Assembly (NCBI RefSeq): GCF_037042905.1 | Contig: NC_087247.1 | Coordinates: 7,626,001 to 7,690,000 of the forward strand | Direction of reading: 5' to 3' | Origin: Lytechinus pictus | Lineage: Eukaryota | Length of the DNA stretch: 64,000 bases | Shown: positions 1-12,418 of the stretch, in pieces | Layout of the letters: every line of letters starts with the position of its first letter | Numbering within the stretch: the stretch's first letter is position 1 | Position numbers and translations under genes: made by a program | The notes under the pieces: model-generated | What the model was told of the DNA's origin: nothing | What the model saw: the letters and a program-made list of their open reading frames with translations, nothing else | Databases searched by the model: none

Positions 1-9
1 TAAATGAGT

Positions 10-795
10 TGTATTGTCGTTTTGAGAGAAACTCTCCTGTTCGGAGTCTGGAGGAATGCGTAAGTGAAATAATACTTGTTGATGTTTAGAATGGTTATGG
101 AGACAGTCAAGATGAATCTGGTAAATGGTACTTTCACCTACACCTCTTGCCTCTTTCCCATTAACCCATTTTGCACATATCAACTAAGTCTATGCATGGG
201 TCCTGATAGCATATCTGGCAGACTTTTTAAAATATGCTCACAACAACTGGCCCCAATTCTCTGTCTTTTGTTTCAGTGGTCTCTTGATACCTCACCCGGT
301 ACCTCACATGTTCCAGATCTCTGGAAAAAGGGCTAAGATCATTTCAATTCCTAAAAAGTAAAAACCAAGTGTCGGACCTGTTGCACCGACTTCTATATAA
401 TCATGAAGTGCTTTGAACAATTATTGATGAAGAAAGTCTCAATAAGGCACTGTATAGAGTATCATGACCCCCTCCAATTTGCATATAAAAGGAACAGAAG
501 TGTTGTAGATGCTCTTCCATTCTTAACACACACATTTTGTAAACATTTGGAAGAGGCAATGACATTATGCCAGAGTTTTGTTCATTAACTTCTCGTCAGC
601 ATTCAAAACAACCATACCACAGTATCTGGTTAAGGTATTACACAATATTATGCATGTTAATCTTCATCAATCTCTTTCGATAGATGATTTTATGACAAAC
701 AGATCAATAGCTGTTCGTGAAGGTGAGAAAATTTTAAATGTAGGGGCTCCGCAAGGGTGTTTGTTGTCCCCGTTTCTCTTTACTATTTTGAACGG
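10..795 (+). mobile_element. Decayed non-LTR retrotransposon reverse transcriptase fragment (Rex/Babar-like)
   Basis: Frameshifted ORFs 76-336, 403-588 and 578-865 give RT motifs GPDSISGR..K.CSQQLAP, DPLQFAYKRNRSVVDA, FINFSSAF and GAPQGCLLSPFLF. Confidence 0.85.
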
Positions 796-799
796 CACA

Positions 800-1260
800 C
801 AGAGTCTTTGTTACCGCCCTCACAAGCCTCATCTTGCCAAGAAATTCGGCAAAATGTTTGTTTGAGGGCGCTATATTCTTCGCGATGTTATTTCCGATCG
901 ATGAAAAATGGTCATTAAATATATTAGCAATGCAAACAGGCTGTTGAATGATCTCGTCGTTAGATCTAATTTCCGATATAACATCTATATTTCTGAGACA
1001 TTCATAGCTTGCTTGAGAATTTCCAAGTGTTTCGCATATCATGTTTATGTATTTGTAGTTTATTTTCAAAGTATTTTTTCTTTTCAATACAAATAATTTT
1101 AGTTAAAGTGTTTTAATAGGATGTGTATATTGCTTTGGGTTTTTTGCGTTCCTTTTGATTTATATTTATAATACAGATTATTTTTCCGATTTATTGACCG
1201 AAGTATATGGATTTTGATATCCAAGGTAATCTACGGGACTTTTTGTAATTCATCTTATTG
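800..1260 (-). mobile_element. CR1/L2-group LINE ORF2 linker fragment
   Basis: IANIFNDHFSSIGNNIA in ORF 734-1087 and upstream PWISKSILRSINRKNNLY are typical of the region between endonuclease and RT. Confidence 0.75.
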
Positions 1261-1299
1261 GTAGTAACATATAAAAATAAGAATATTGTTTTCTTGTTT

Positions 1300-1743
1300 C
1301 AAAACAGTACTCGTTAATGCATAAAACGGGTCCTTCATATAGGTGAAAGGGTCACAGAGCACGTTTGTGAGGGATACGTTTCTTAGGTAAAAAGGGTAAT
1401 TGATACGAGAAAGAACATCTATAAGAAGGCAAAGGGGCACATGCTAAAGGAATGAAACGGGTCCTTCTCAAGTGAAAGGGGCACAGAACACGTTCGAGAG
1501 GGGACACTTTTTTGTAAAAATTGGCACTTATCCGGGGCACTTATACGAGAAGGGGCACTTGGTAACACCTAAAACGAGTCCTCCTCATACGAGAAAGGGC
1601 ACTTTGTAACACCTAAAACGGGTGAAAGGGGTACATTATACGTTCGTAAGGGACATTTTCCTTGCGTAAAGAAAGGATGCTTTTTCAAGGCTTCAAAATG
1701 TAGGGGGCACTGTGCCCCCGGCCCCTCAGGATCGCCGCCCCTG
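1300..1743. repeat. Degenerate internally repetitive non-autonomous element
   Basis: Recurring aaacgggtcc..gtgaaagggg and ggggcac units ending in a GC-rich terminus (ggatcgccgcccctg). Confidence 0.45.
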
Positions 1744-2678
1744 TGTCTCTTATTTCATATGATTCTTTTACATTTATATATTTCTTTATTGATTTAGTCT
1801 CTTTTGCATAAAAACTAATTTCAAGTTCTTGCTATGTCAGGCAAAACTTATACATGTAAGTAGTAAACAGATCAGTAAACCACCATTTTAACATCTAAGC
1901 TGACAATAGGATGGGTGGTGGAGGGGGGAAGAACTATTATATTAATGTCGAACCGTCTGTAGATCTATTAGCCCTCTTGACTTTTCATGCAAAAGGGACT
2001 AAATTCAAAATATATATAACAATTCAAATAAAAAATAAAAGAAATCTGCTGGATATTTTAAACTGTCATTTTTATAACATACGTATATTTATGATTTTCA
2101 AACATAGGAACAAAACTTACTAAATGGAAAAATATTTGGGTGAAATGAAAATATTGATTTATGAAGATTGAGCAAGGGCGGATTAAGTCCTTTTTGCATG
2201 AAAATGTAAATTTCATGTCCATTTTTAATAAATTTCTTCAAAATTGATGCACATGGTGAATGTTTATAATAAACATGCAAAAAAAAAATCAAAATGATAA
2301 AAAAAAAAAGATTTTTAGTCCCTTTCTGCATGTTAGCTCTTATATCGTGATTATATGAAACTGAAAATGGCATTTTAGCAAACCCAAATGTTACCTTTTC
2401 CAAAAGTCCGTAAAAAACGTTGGCAAGAAATCGAAGTTACAGAGCGTCAACTCAAATTTAAGAAAAATCACCGAACACTCTAATTTCAGAATCTGAAAGA
2501 GTAAGAAATCAAAAAATGTAAGTCTACAAGCGCATAATAGAATACTCAGGAGACTTTTTTCTCTTTTTTTGGTTAAACTTCATAAGGGACGTTGGTAAAG
2601 GTGTTAAAACGAGAGGCACCCCTGCTTAAAAAAACTAAACCAAACTTCTTTCCCTGGTATTTTATAAAGAGCACCCCA

Positions 2679-2696
2679 TATATATATATATATATA

Positions 2697-2744
<48 letters not shown>

Positions 2745-2812
2745 AAGTTATACATGTACAACAGCTTTGGCAACTATTTTATGTTGTGTGAAAGCAATGG
2801 CGCACACACACA

Positions 2813-2847
<35 letters not shown>

Positions 2848-3111
2848 CGAGAGAGGCGTGGATATATGTACCAATCGCTTTGATCGCTTTGAAAAATTGG
2901 TGATGCCGAAAAAATGTCTCTGCCGGGAATGTCTCTCCCGGCAGAGACATTTTTTCGGCATCACCAATTTTTCCAAAGGGTAGATAGCTCTGGGGAACCT
3001 TGATTTAAGCTACGCCTACCATTGTTCTCTTCATCCATTTCTTTACAATATATTATATATATATATATATAGTGTGTGTGTGCTCCATTGCTTTCACACA
3101 ATATAAAAGAG

Positions 3112-3152
<41 letters not shown>
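2679..3152. mobile_element. Palindromic, microsatellite-flanked partial copy of the tRNA-bearing element at 14.2-14.9 kb
   Basis: 38-bp perfect inverted arms 2891-2928/2936-2973; outer inverted arms ~2770-2820/3060-3113; (TA)n/(TG)n flanks; 2937-3043 nearly identical to 14681-14790. Confidence 0.85.
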
Positions 3153-3154
<2 letters not shown>

Positions 3155-3394
3155 TAAATGTCTACCCCTTGACATTATTTTGTAACTGGATAATGTATGG
3201 ACATAAGATTCATGGAAGAATCATCGGTTATAGGATGTAAAATAGTATATAGACCCTTAACTCAATTTATATTAAAATGATTGGTCTATCCTAATTGCTG
3301 AAATAATGGATCGAGGCCCGCAATCAGGATTTTTTTATATGAGGGGGTCCAAATTATAAACAGTGAAAATTGCATTATCAGTTCTCTTTCTCCC

Positions 3395-4668
3395 CGGGGC
3401 GAATCCAGCTTTTGCCAATACGGGGGGGGGGGGGAGAAGAAAACAAATTCAACTACATTTCCTTCGATCGGCCGCTTAAATAATGCGAGGGCAAGCTCAA
3501 ATTTTTGGATATTTTATGTATTCAGGCCTGAAAAGTGAACGCTCAGAGCAATATTTGTAAGGGTGTTGTAGATGCGTATCTAAGTAAATAATGCGAGCAA
3601 GAAGCGCGAGCTGAAATTTGTCATGTACTGACCTAAAAAAATGAAAAGGACCGATTGTGCAAGTGAATCATGCGGAGGATACATACCTCACCAACCAAAT
3701 AATGCGAGCGCGAGCTGAAAAATAGTGATACAGCGTATTCTGACCTGAAAGCTTGACATTCTAAGCAATTTCTGTACCAATGATCAGGATGTTATAACTA
3801 TTAATTTGAGCTAGAAGCGCGAGCTTTTTTTTATTTCTATCTGGAAAAAAATGACAATTTAGGGAATTTTTAAATAAAAAACAACATATATCAATAATTG
3901 TTGCAAATCCGAAGCGCGAGCTTTCTTGAGGTTTAGACCTTGAAAACGGGACATTATATCAACTTTTTTGTAATCATGAAAGAATGGGTGTTTTTCTAAA
4001 GAAAAGATTGTCCAGTCTCTAAACCGGGAAATTAAATCACGCTTTTAAATAAAGAAGCTAGAGCTGTGTATCTCAATAAACAAATTAATGCGAGCGTAAA
4101 GATCAAATTAATCATGTTAAGCACTGCTTAACATGTAGGACCAGTATGAAGTGGACTTTTTGTTACTATGATGATGCAAGCGCGAAGCGCGAGCTGAATT
4201 TTGGTTGGTGGATTTAGACCTAACAACCGGACATTTTAAGCACCTTTTGTAATCATGTACAGGGTGAGTATATAATTAAACAATTAACGCAAATGCAAAG
4301 CCCTGAAAAAAAATTGATATAGTCCTTCAGATCTGAAAAGTGGATAAATCAAAGATTGCTATTTGGAATTTAGGAATGGGATACATATCTCGCTAATCAA
4401 AATACGAGCGCGCATTGCGCGAGCTCAGTGATCATTTTGATATTCATCAATCTTTGTAATCATGAACAGAATGCGAAATTGCGAATCTCCCTGAAACTAA
4501 ATAATGAAACTCGAATAGCAAGCCGAATAATTTGAGCATATTGATTTAAAAACGGGATGTTATAAGCCCATTGTTTCATTCACTTTTCTTATCTTATTTT
4601 ATTCTTTTTCTCACATTTTTGTTTGCTGTTGCCACCCAGGGACCCCCACTGGCTACGTGGTTACGGGC
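3395..4668. mobile_element. Non-autonomous DNA-transposon-like repeat with internal ~85-bp GCGAAGCGCGAGC units
   Basis: About ten degenerate copies of aatgcgagcgcgaagcgcgagctgaaa..gacctgaaa..gacattt between G/C-run termini. Confidence 0.6.
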
Positions 4669-5859
4669 ATGCGATCGTATTTTCGAGAACTCAATTTACA
4701 TTTTCGTAAAGCTTAATTGAATAGAAAATTGAGTTTTAGTAGTCCCTGATATGAAAAGCAAATATTAAAACATAGTTTCTATAGGCGGAAAAAATTTCCC
4801 ATTTATCTGATTTCTCTTAATTCATTCTTCACGTCCCCATTTTTTCTTTGTAATAAAGAAACTTTGCCTTTGATTCTCATTTGTTTTTGGAGGTGAGGGG
4901 CTTTCATATGCCCCCTCTCCCCGACTGCCCCCTCCCACCGCTGTCACTGATTCAATGATCAATATCAACCTCATTATAGCCCCTTTCTAAACTTTTAAAG
5001 TTTTATGAAAATTCGTATCCTCACCTACATTCATTTTATACGCAAAAGCGATTTTTCAAATATACCCCTGTCCTCATGGAGAGAAGAGACAATAACAAAC
5101 TACCATATCATCTTTTGATTCAAAATTCGTGATTTTCTAAATTTACAATTATTTTGGTTTTTCAAACAACCTTAACGTAAATGAAAAAGAAAATTCCGTT
5201 AAAATTAAAATTTGGTTTAGGCCCATCATTCGAGCATGAAACAGATACGGTATTGCCGAAGGAGCCCACTTCCCCTCAAGGTTTATTCTAGGTCATATTA
5301 GTATCTGTCTTTTTTATATTGTTATATTAAACTATCGAAAATCAATTGTTTATTCTGTTTATTTTCCAAATCCAGGACTTAGCTTGCAAAATAGGACCCG
5401 TCAAGCATTATATCAAAGTAAAAAGTTGAGTTTATCGCGGAAATGCCAGGTATTTAATTTGGCAACAATAGTAAAGTCGATCCTTGCTCCATCTTTAGGG
5501 AAATCCAATAATTGTGATCCTTCAGTGGCATGAACAATGAAATTACATAATTTGATACTCTTAAGTGACAGTGACAATATAGGCTAATATTATAGTCTAC
5601 CAATATGTCCGTTTTATCTAAACATATTTCATATTTACACCGCCCAAGAGAATCTCACTTTAACACTTGGAAATTCATAACTATTTTCCATATTGAACAA
5701 TAGTCAAATTACATCCCGATTGTGGGAATTGTTATACTAACGCCCAAACAATCACGTGTAGACTAGACACTGATGTTGATCCACGTTAGATATCGGCACC
5801 ATGACCGATCCTATCACTGGTCACAAGTAGAATTACATGTTAGGATAAACATGACTCAC

Positions 5860-6110
5860 TAGCCCTGCTATAAGGACTCGGAGAGTGATGGTTGATGGAG
5901 GAAGCATCAAATACCTTCCATGTAATTTGAGATGTACCCCAAGGCACAGTCATTTGGCCTCTGATATTTTATCCTGTTCATGAAACTAAAGCGTCAGGGA
6001 CCACGAGAGAACTTAAATATCAATCTGTTCGGTGATGGTTGTCTTGTATGATAGACGGACTTGGACCCACTTTTCTGGTCCAAATATCTGGCAGATTAAA
6101 TTCAGTGTCA
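5860..6110 (+). mobile_element. Highly decayed LINE RT fragment
   Basis: Remnants of V.VDG, (GV)PQGTV and LF(A)DD-like motifs (gtacccaaggcacagtc; ctgttcggtgatgg). Confidence 0.5.
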
Positions 6111-8344
6111 ACGGTTTTTTATCAATAAGTAATTTTCTTACCTTCTCTTTTTATTCTTCTTTTTTTTTAACTATTGCTAATTAAAAAAAAAATCTTAGAT
6201 ACAATACCTCAAACAGACAAAAATAACACAAAGCAGCCAACTCCAGCACTTCATAAGACTTGGATCTACCTTGGATGCTTAAAGCATATAACTCCTACGA
6301 AATAAAAAAAAATCCTAAGATACTGTGAATAGTTCTCTCGGGCATCATCAAAGCATTTCAGTTCGGTATTTCTAGAGCTTCACAGAGAGGCCAACAGACC
6401 AATGCCGGTCACCATTTTACACCCATCATGAGCATAGTATTACAAATTGAATTCACCGCCGTAAACACAACTATACATCCAATCTAGCTCCTCTATAGTT
6501 GTTAAACATGCCTCCAGTTACTTCTACCTCTATGAAGTAGAAGTGGGTAAAGTAATAAAAAAACAAAATGAATTTATTTGCCACACTTAATTAATATGTG
6601 ATATATATCATATCGGGATGAATGCCCATGAGTGCATTGCTAAAAGCAAGTGAGCTAAACAAGAGAGCGGATTTTTAAAGTGAAATAAAAGATTCTGATG
6701 CACTATTAGGGTGGGATTTTGTGAAAAGTTGAGAGAAAAAAGGTTTAAATAATTTTAGTTCAGGGGATGAGGAATTGCTCACATTCCCACACGCACACTT
6801 CATACGACCATGCATGCAAACTTTGGCACTGTCCTAGTAAAAAAAAGTTTTCCACCACACTTATGAAGTTTGAGTCTTTTCTACATTTACGAGTTGTAGG
6901 TAGGCCTACATGAATTTATTAACAGTAAGCACTGTCATATATCAACATCGAATTGGTTCATAAAGATGATTGATCATGTCTTCCTCTTCTTCGAAAAAGC
7001 GTTACGTCACAAATCTACACCCCTGACAACTACCCTATACAGATTGCAAGAAATATTGATAATTTCAGAAAGAAAAAAAAACTTAAAATTGGACGGGAAC
7101 TTGCAAATTGATGATATTGCAAATTCTATCTGTGAGTCCAACTTCCGAACCAATGTTTCTTATTCGAAATAAAGATGGTTACTATTTGAAATACCTTTTT
7201 AGTTTATATAAACTGTACATGCAAATCAGTTTATACCGGTTTTTACCCATTGGTTCAGTCCATGATTTGGCATTAGGGAATTCTCGCAACTGCAACGGGG
7301 ACTGATTCAAGAACACAGATAATATAGTGAAAATGCTTGTCGAATGAAAAAGAACAGATGGGTGGTCTTTGACGAAAATTGGTGAAACGGAACGTCCTCT
7401 ACGTTTTTCGGAGCTGACGAAAAATCGCAATCGTAATCCAGGACAAAACTGCTGTTTTGATTCACCGATTTTCGACAAAAGCTTCTTGGTTGTGATTTGT
7501 CATGAAGGGCATTTAAGAATATATATTTTATATGTTCTTGAATCCGTCGTTAGTCACGACGGGAGGAGTCCCTATTATCTTCTTTGTTAAATCCTTAGAA
7601 GTACCCAGTATGGATCTTTCTTCCCGTGACGTAGGTGGAAGATGTGCATGTACATCATGAGTAGATGACAGTGGCGAGTTTGATGTGTTTGCTCTTTGGG
7701 ATCATTGAAAAAGGAATTCGTTTCTGAATGTAGTAGCCAATCATCTCGTTGTTATTTTGCATACTTATGAAAAGAACCTCCATGATAACTATCTTGCCGC
7801 GATCATCTGAACATAATATCCTATAGATGTGCACGTATAGTTCAGATCCAGCTATTACAAGCTACCCACATAGTATCCTATTCTGGCCCTTCTGCATCTA
7901 TCAGCACGAACAGCTGGAACTTTATCTAATGGTCATCTCGTTTGCAAAGTCTCTATAAATCTCGTGAAATTACTATCTCTTCATGTAACATTTTATTTTC
8001 TAATCCTTTCGGTCTATCCGAAAACAATAATTGTAGACAGAAGCACTGAGATAAACTTCTCCATAACAGAAGGATTCTCTTTCCTATATCCGACCCTAGT
8101 GCAGTGTTCTTCTCCTGGATCTATACGTAGCATTACACAAAACCTTTCTTTCTTTAGTCATTCTGATCTTTCTGCAACTGCCAATTGCAGAGCTAAGATT
8201 CATCCTTATTCCTATCTCCGAGATTTGTTTTCTCGTAGTTCAGGCTTTATTTGCAACTGAAGCCCGAAGCGTCATTCCTTCTTACATTGTCTTGTAGCCC
8301 TCCCTGAATGTATCCGCAAAGTTAATGTGGAAATTTCTTAAACT

Positions 8345-8760
8345 TCCCAGACGATTTGAGGAGCTAGGTCGGCAGGCGATCTCTTGAGACATCTATTGCA
8401 GACGCCATTTTCTCGGAGTTCATAACCCAACAGAAAACTCTAGTACGTCCTGGACAATTTGAGGAGCTTGGTTGGTTTGCGGTATGGACGCTTATATCTG
8501 CATGATTTGGTTGGCATACATTTCCCTGTTTCGTTTAAACCAATGAGGAAACTGCTCGAAACTCCAGGACCATTTAAGGAGCTTGGTCGACAGCCTGTGA
8601 AGGCAAGCATCTGGTGCAGATACCACTTTTCCCTGGTACAATTAGACCAATGAGGAAACTGCTCGAACTCAGTGGACCATTTCAGGAGTTTGGTCGACAT
8701 GCAGGCTGTGGGGACAAGCATCTGATCCAAGCACCACTTTTCCCTGTTAATCCGGGGTTG
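8345..8760. repeat. Four degenerate tandem units of ~103-115 bp
   Basis: Core gacNatttNaggagNtNggt at ~8349, 8452, 8567 and 8674; accaatgaggaaactgctcgaa duplicated at ~8539 and ~8646. Confidence 0.85.
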
Positions 8761-9679
8761 CTGGTTGTTGTTGTTGAAAGTAAAAATGACAGGTAAAAAC
8801 CATTAATAATTGTCATTGATTACATACATCAAATACCTTATAAGTTCCAAGGTGTTCATCATCATGATCAGAGAAGATTTTCTAATTTCAGCTGAGCAAT
8901 TAATGACTGTCTATTTCTTTATCTCTTTTCATAGTGATGATTATTTCAGGAACGAAAAAGATTATTCGAAATCGCGCAAATATAATTTTTATAAACGTAA
9001 AAATTTGAGAAACAATAAGCTTGCAATTTAATGAAACTCCTGCATAAACGATTTTACTTATTCAAAGGGCACAAAGAACGATTTTTTCAGACAATTTCTT
9101 GCGCAAACTCGTGAAAGATGGTAAATAGTTGCATTTAGACAATGTTAACTTACCCAACTCAGCCTGTTGCCCCGTTACACAATTCTGAACGATTAAAAAA
9201 AAATTGTTTTGCACGAAAGAAACATTCCAGGGGAAAAATGATTGCTTAACTCGATAAAGATGACCGACAGAACAGTAATGGTTGCAATTTGTCTTATCAT
9301 CATATTCACGATCTCTAACTCCATCTTCATCAGCATCATTATCATCATCCTTATCATCACCAAAGTAGATGAAGTGTCGATCACGATGATGAATAATATT
9401 GATTCATTAATGACCATAATAATAATTCATGATAATACCGATAATAATAATAATAATTGTAACAAAACAATAGCAAAAAATGATGGCCATCATTACTAAA
9501 TGACGGTTACGATAATTACGATGAAATTGTCCTGATATCTAAATCGAGGTCTTGGGGGAGACCACACCCCATGAAAAAAATACATAAGCATTTGCACGCA
9601 CGAAAGTGGAATGAATTGTATTTATGAGAAAATAAAAGAAATTACTTGCGGTTGAGGGGGTAGGAATGAAAATGCACCA

Positions 9680-11700
9680 TTTCATTTTCATTTCATTTCA
9701 TTTATTTCCATTTTCAAAACATATTTCATCTATCCCTGTACAAAAATTATATTCAAGATTATTACATATCAGGTTGGAAATGGAGAAGGCTGCTAAAAAG
9801 CGGAGATTGTAGAGTGCAGCCTCCTAATAAATATTCTTGTATAAAGTTATATACATAGCATATAAATTCAAAATAACAACTTGAGCATAAACCAGGGGGC
9901 CGTTTCATAAAGTTGTTCGTAAGGTTAAGAGCGACTTTAAGAACGACTGGTAATCCTTTCTTACGCGCTAAACCGTCGCCAATGAATATACTATTTACCA
10001 CAAGAAAGGATCACCAGTCGTTCTTAAAGTCGCTCTTAACTTACGAACAGCTTTATGAAACACCCAACAGTTAAATTAAAAAGAAATAGGGGGAATAGAA
10101 ATAGAAAAGGAAATAAGAAAATGAGAGATTAAAGGTCTCTAGAATCCAGCCCCAGTACTCACCAACGGACCTCGCTGATCAACAGGAAAAGTGTACGACA
10201 AATGACATTCATGTTTGATTTTTAAAAAATACAAGTAAAGAGTTTGAGTGAGGAAGAGTTAATTCAATGGTTATCTTGGAGAAACTTTTTGAACTTATAT
10301 TTCAAAGAATTTAGGCATGGTGATTCTTTAATGTTATTATTAATAGTTCCCCAGAGTCTAGGGCCTTCAAAAGTACAAATTGATTTTGCAAGGATGGTCC
10401 GGGGTAGTGATAAATGGAATTCATCTGATTGACGTGTGGGATATTTGTGAAGAGTTTTGTTTTTTTGTTAAATGAAGAATTAAATATGGGTGGTAACATA
10501 TTATTGTTTAATTGATACATGAATTGACCTAAGTTATATTGGTACAGTGTTTTTATTTTTAGAATGTTATTGTTGAAAAACAGGTGATCTGTGTGGGATC
10601 TCCGGGACAAGTTGAAAATAACACGCAACGCCTTCTTTTGTAAAAGCAATATTCTATCTAAGTAGGTTGAGTGTGTATTTCCCAAAACAATTGCTCCATA
10701 ATTTGGATATGGTAAAATTAATGTTGAATAAAGCATTTTTAGGGAGGAAGTTGGAAGAAAAAACTTAACTTTGTTGATAACACCAATATTGCGTGAAATT
10801 GTATGACATATAAAATCAATGTGGGTTTTCCAAGATAATTTGTTGTCTATTATGAGACCATTTCATTTGAATCATCTTCAAAAAGGACATAAGATAATAT
10901 TTCAGAGGAGTTCTGGATGTCATTTATATAGATTATAGATAAAAGTGGGCCCAGGAGGCTGCCTTGGGGCACACCCCAGTTAACATTTTGTAGAGAAGAA
11001 TTTTGTTAATTTATGCTTACGAATTGTTTACGATTTGCGAGGTAGTTTCTGAACCACTCCAAGGCCTTCCCACGAACTCCGTAATTTTCAAGTTTGTAGA
11101 GAAGTATTTCATGATTTATAGTGTCAAAGGCCTTGGAGAGCTCTGTAAATTATTTGGTGTTACTCGTCGGAATTTATGTTGCGGGGTATCTTTTTTTGCT
11201 AACCTAAACGGATATCTTGAAAATATTGGGAAATGGTCAGAAATATCAGATAAAATTATTCCAGACTCGGGTAAAGGAGAAACATTACAAAAATATTATC
11301 AATAAGGATTGCGGATTGGTTAGTAACCCTGGTGGGTTTTGTTATCAATGGTAAAAAGGATGATGAAAGCATGATATCCAAAAATTAATGTGACCTATTG
11401 TGATTAGATTTAGATATGTCTATATTAAAATCATTATACTACATACAATCTTTATTACAAAAAAACGGATTTTGTAGAAAATCTTGAAAGTATCAAAAAA
11501 AAAATATTTGTGTTGGAGTTAGGAGGTATATAAAATACTGCGATCATTATGTTTTTAGAGTGTGGTTACCCGAATTTCAATGATAAGAGATTCAGCAATT
11601 TCATTCATACAATTAAGATCATTATGTGTAAAATATCATAGTTGTTCACCATCGAATAGAGGAAGAAACTACGATATCCCACACATCCTTTTCTCAGATT
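9680..11700 (-). mobile_element. CR1-type LINE, internally deleted, with (ATGAA)n-like 3' tail
   Basis: ORF 10311-10736 LYSTLILPY.NYG...LQKKALRVI; [24 protein letters not shown] at ~11070-11140; endonuclease remnant LSDISDHFPIF at ~11220-11260; tttca repeats at 9680-9710. Confidence 0.88.
9896..10065. mobile_element. Foldback MITE inserted in the CR1 3' UTR
   Basis: ~65-bp TIRs gtttcataaag.tgttcgtaag.ttaagagcgactttaagaacgactgg and its reverse complement. Confidence 0.85.
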
Positions 11701-11838
11701 TTAATAGACAGTGCTGATGCAGGGAGCTCAAGTACAGATCGTGGACTCTTAACCGTTTTTTTATACTGAAAGCGTCTCCCTCAAAAAATGTTACGAACAT
11801 TCAAAGCTTGTGCTCTTTGCTCTCATTGTTATGTTTAA

Positions 11839-12418
11839 AGGAGAATGAAACTCTTGGAGCAAGTTAGCTTTTGTGAAAGCAGAAAAATCAAAGAATAAGA
11901 TCAACAAAAGTTTGAGTAAAATAGGACTAGCAATAGAAGAGTTATGAGCATTTGAATGTCGAGATCACTAATGCTATGGAGATCCTCCTATTAGCAACGC
12001 GACCAAGATCTATGATGTCACAGATGAACAACTCTCCCCTTTTGGACACTGAAAATATACCCCAAAACATCTCTTTTTGCTCATTCTAATCATATGACAA
12101 ACGATTCATCAATGATATAATGTTGTGAAACCTCTGTACTTTTCCTCTCATAAAGAGAACACCTCACCTTGTGATGGACTCTATAAAAGTGAGAATATAA
12201 GTGAAATAAGTACTAAAGTAATGAAGGAGTTGTACGTGTGTGACATCACAGATATTGGTCGCATTGCCAATGGGAGGATCTCCATGGCATTAGTGATCTC
12301 AATATTCAAATGCTCATAACGTTCTTATTATTCAATCAATCTTCCTCAAACAACAATATGTTTCTTTGTTTTTTCTCTTTGATATGGATTCAGCTGGTTT
12401 CAAGGGTTTCATTCTCCT
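11839..12418. mobile_element. Kolobok-type non-autonomous DNA transposon
   Basis: TTAA-AGGAGAATGAAAC...GTTTCATTCTCCT-TTAA termini plus long internal inverted repeats (~11942-12021/12240-12319). Confidence 0.85.

Noticed and set aside
8540-8700. SECIS-like ATGA-N12-AA motifs, and in-frame TGA codons in the minus-strand exons
   Set aside because: Helix II pairing is poor, the motifs are on the opposite strand to the exons, and read-through does not give a selenoprotein-like sequence.
8345-8760. CRISPR-like repeat-spacer pattern
   Set aside because: Eukaryotic context, degenerate repeats, mutually homologous spacers and no cas genes.
9193-9499. Hydrophobic ORFs over (CAT)n/(AAT)n tracts (also 14023-14310, 27190-27466, 57641-57960)
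   Set aside because: Translations of low-complexity trinucleotide repeats.
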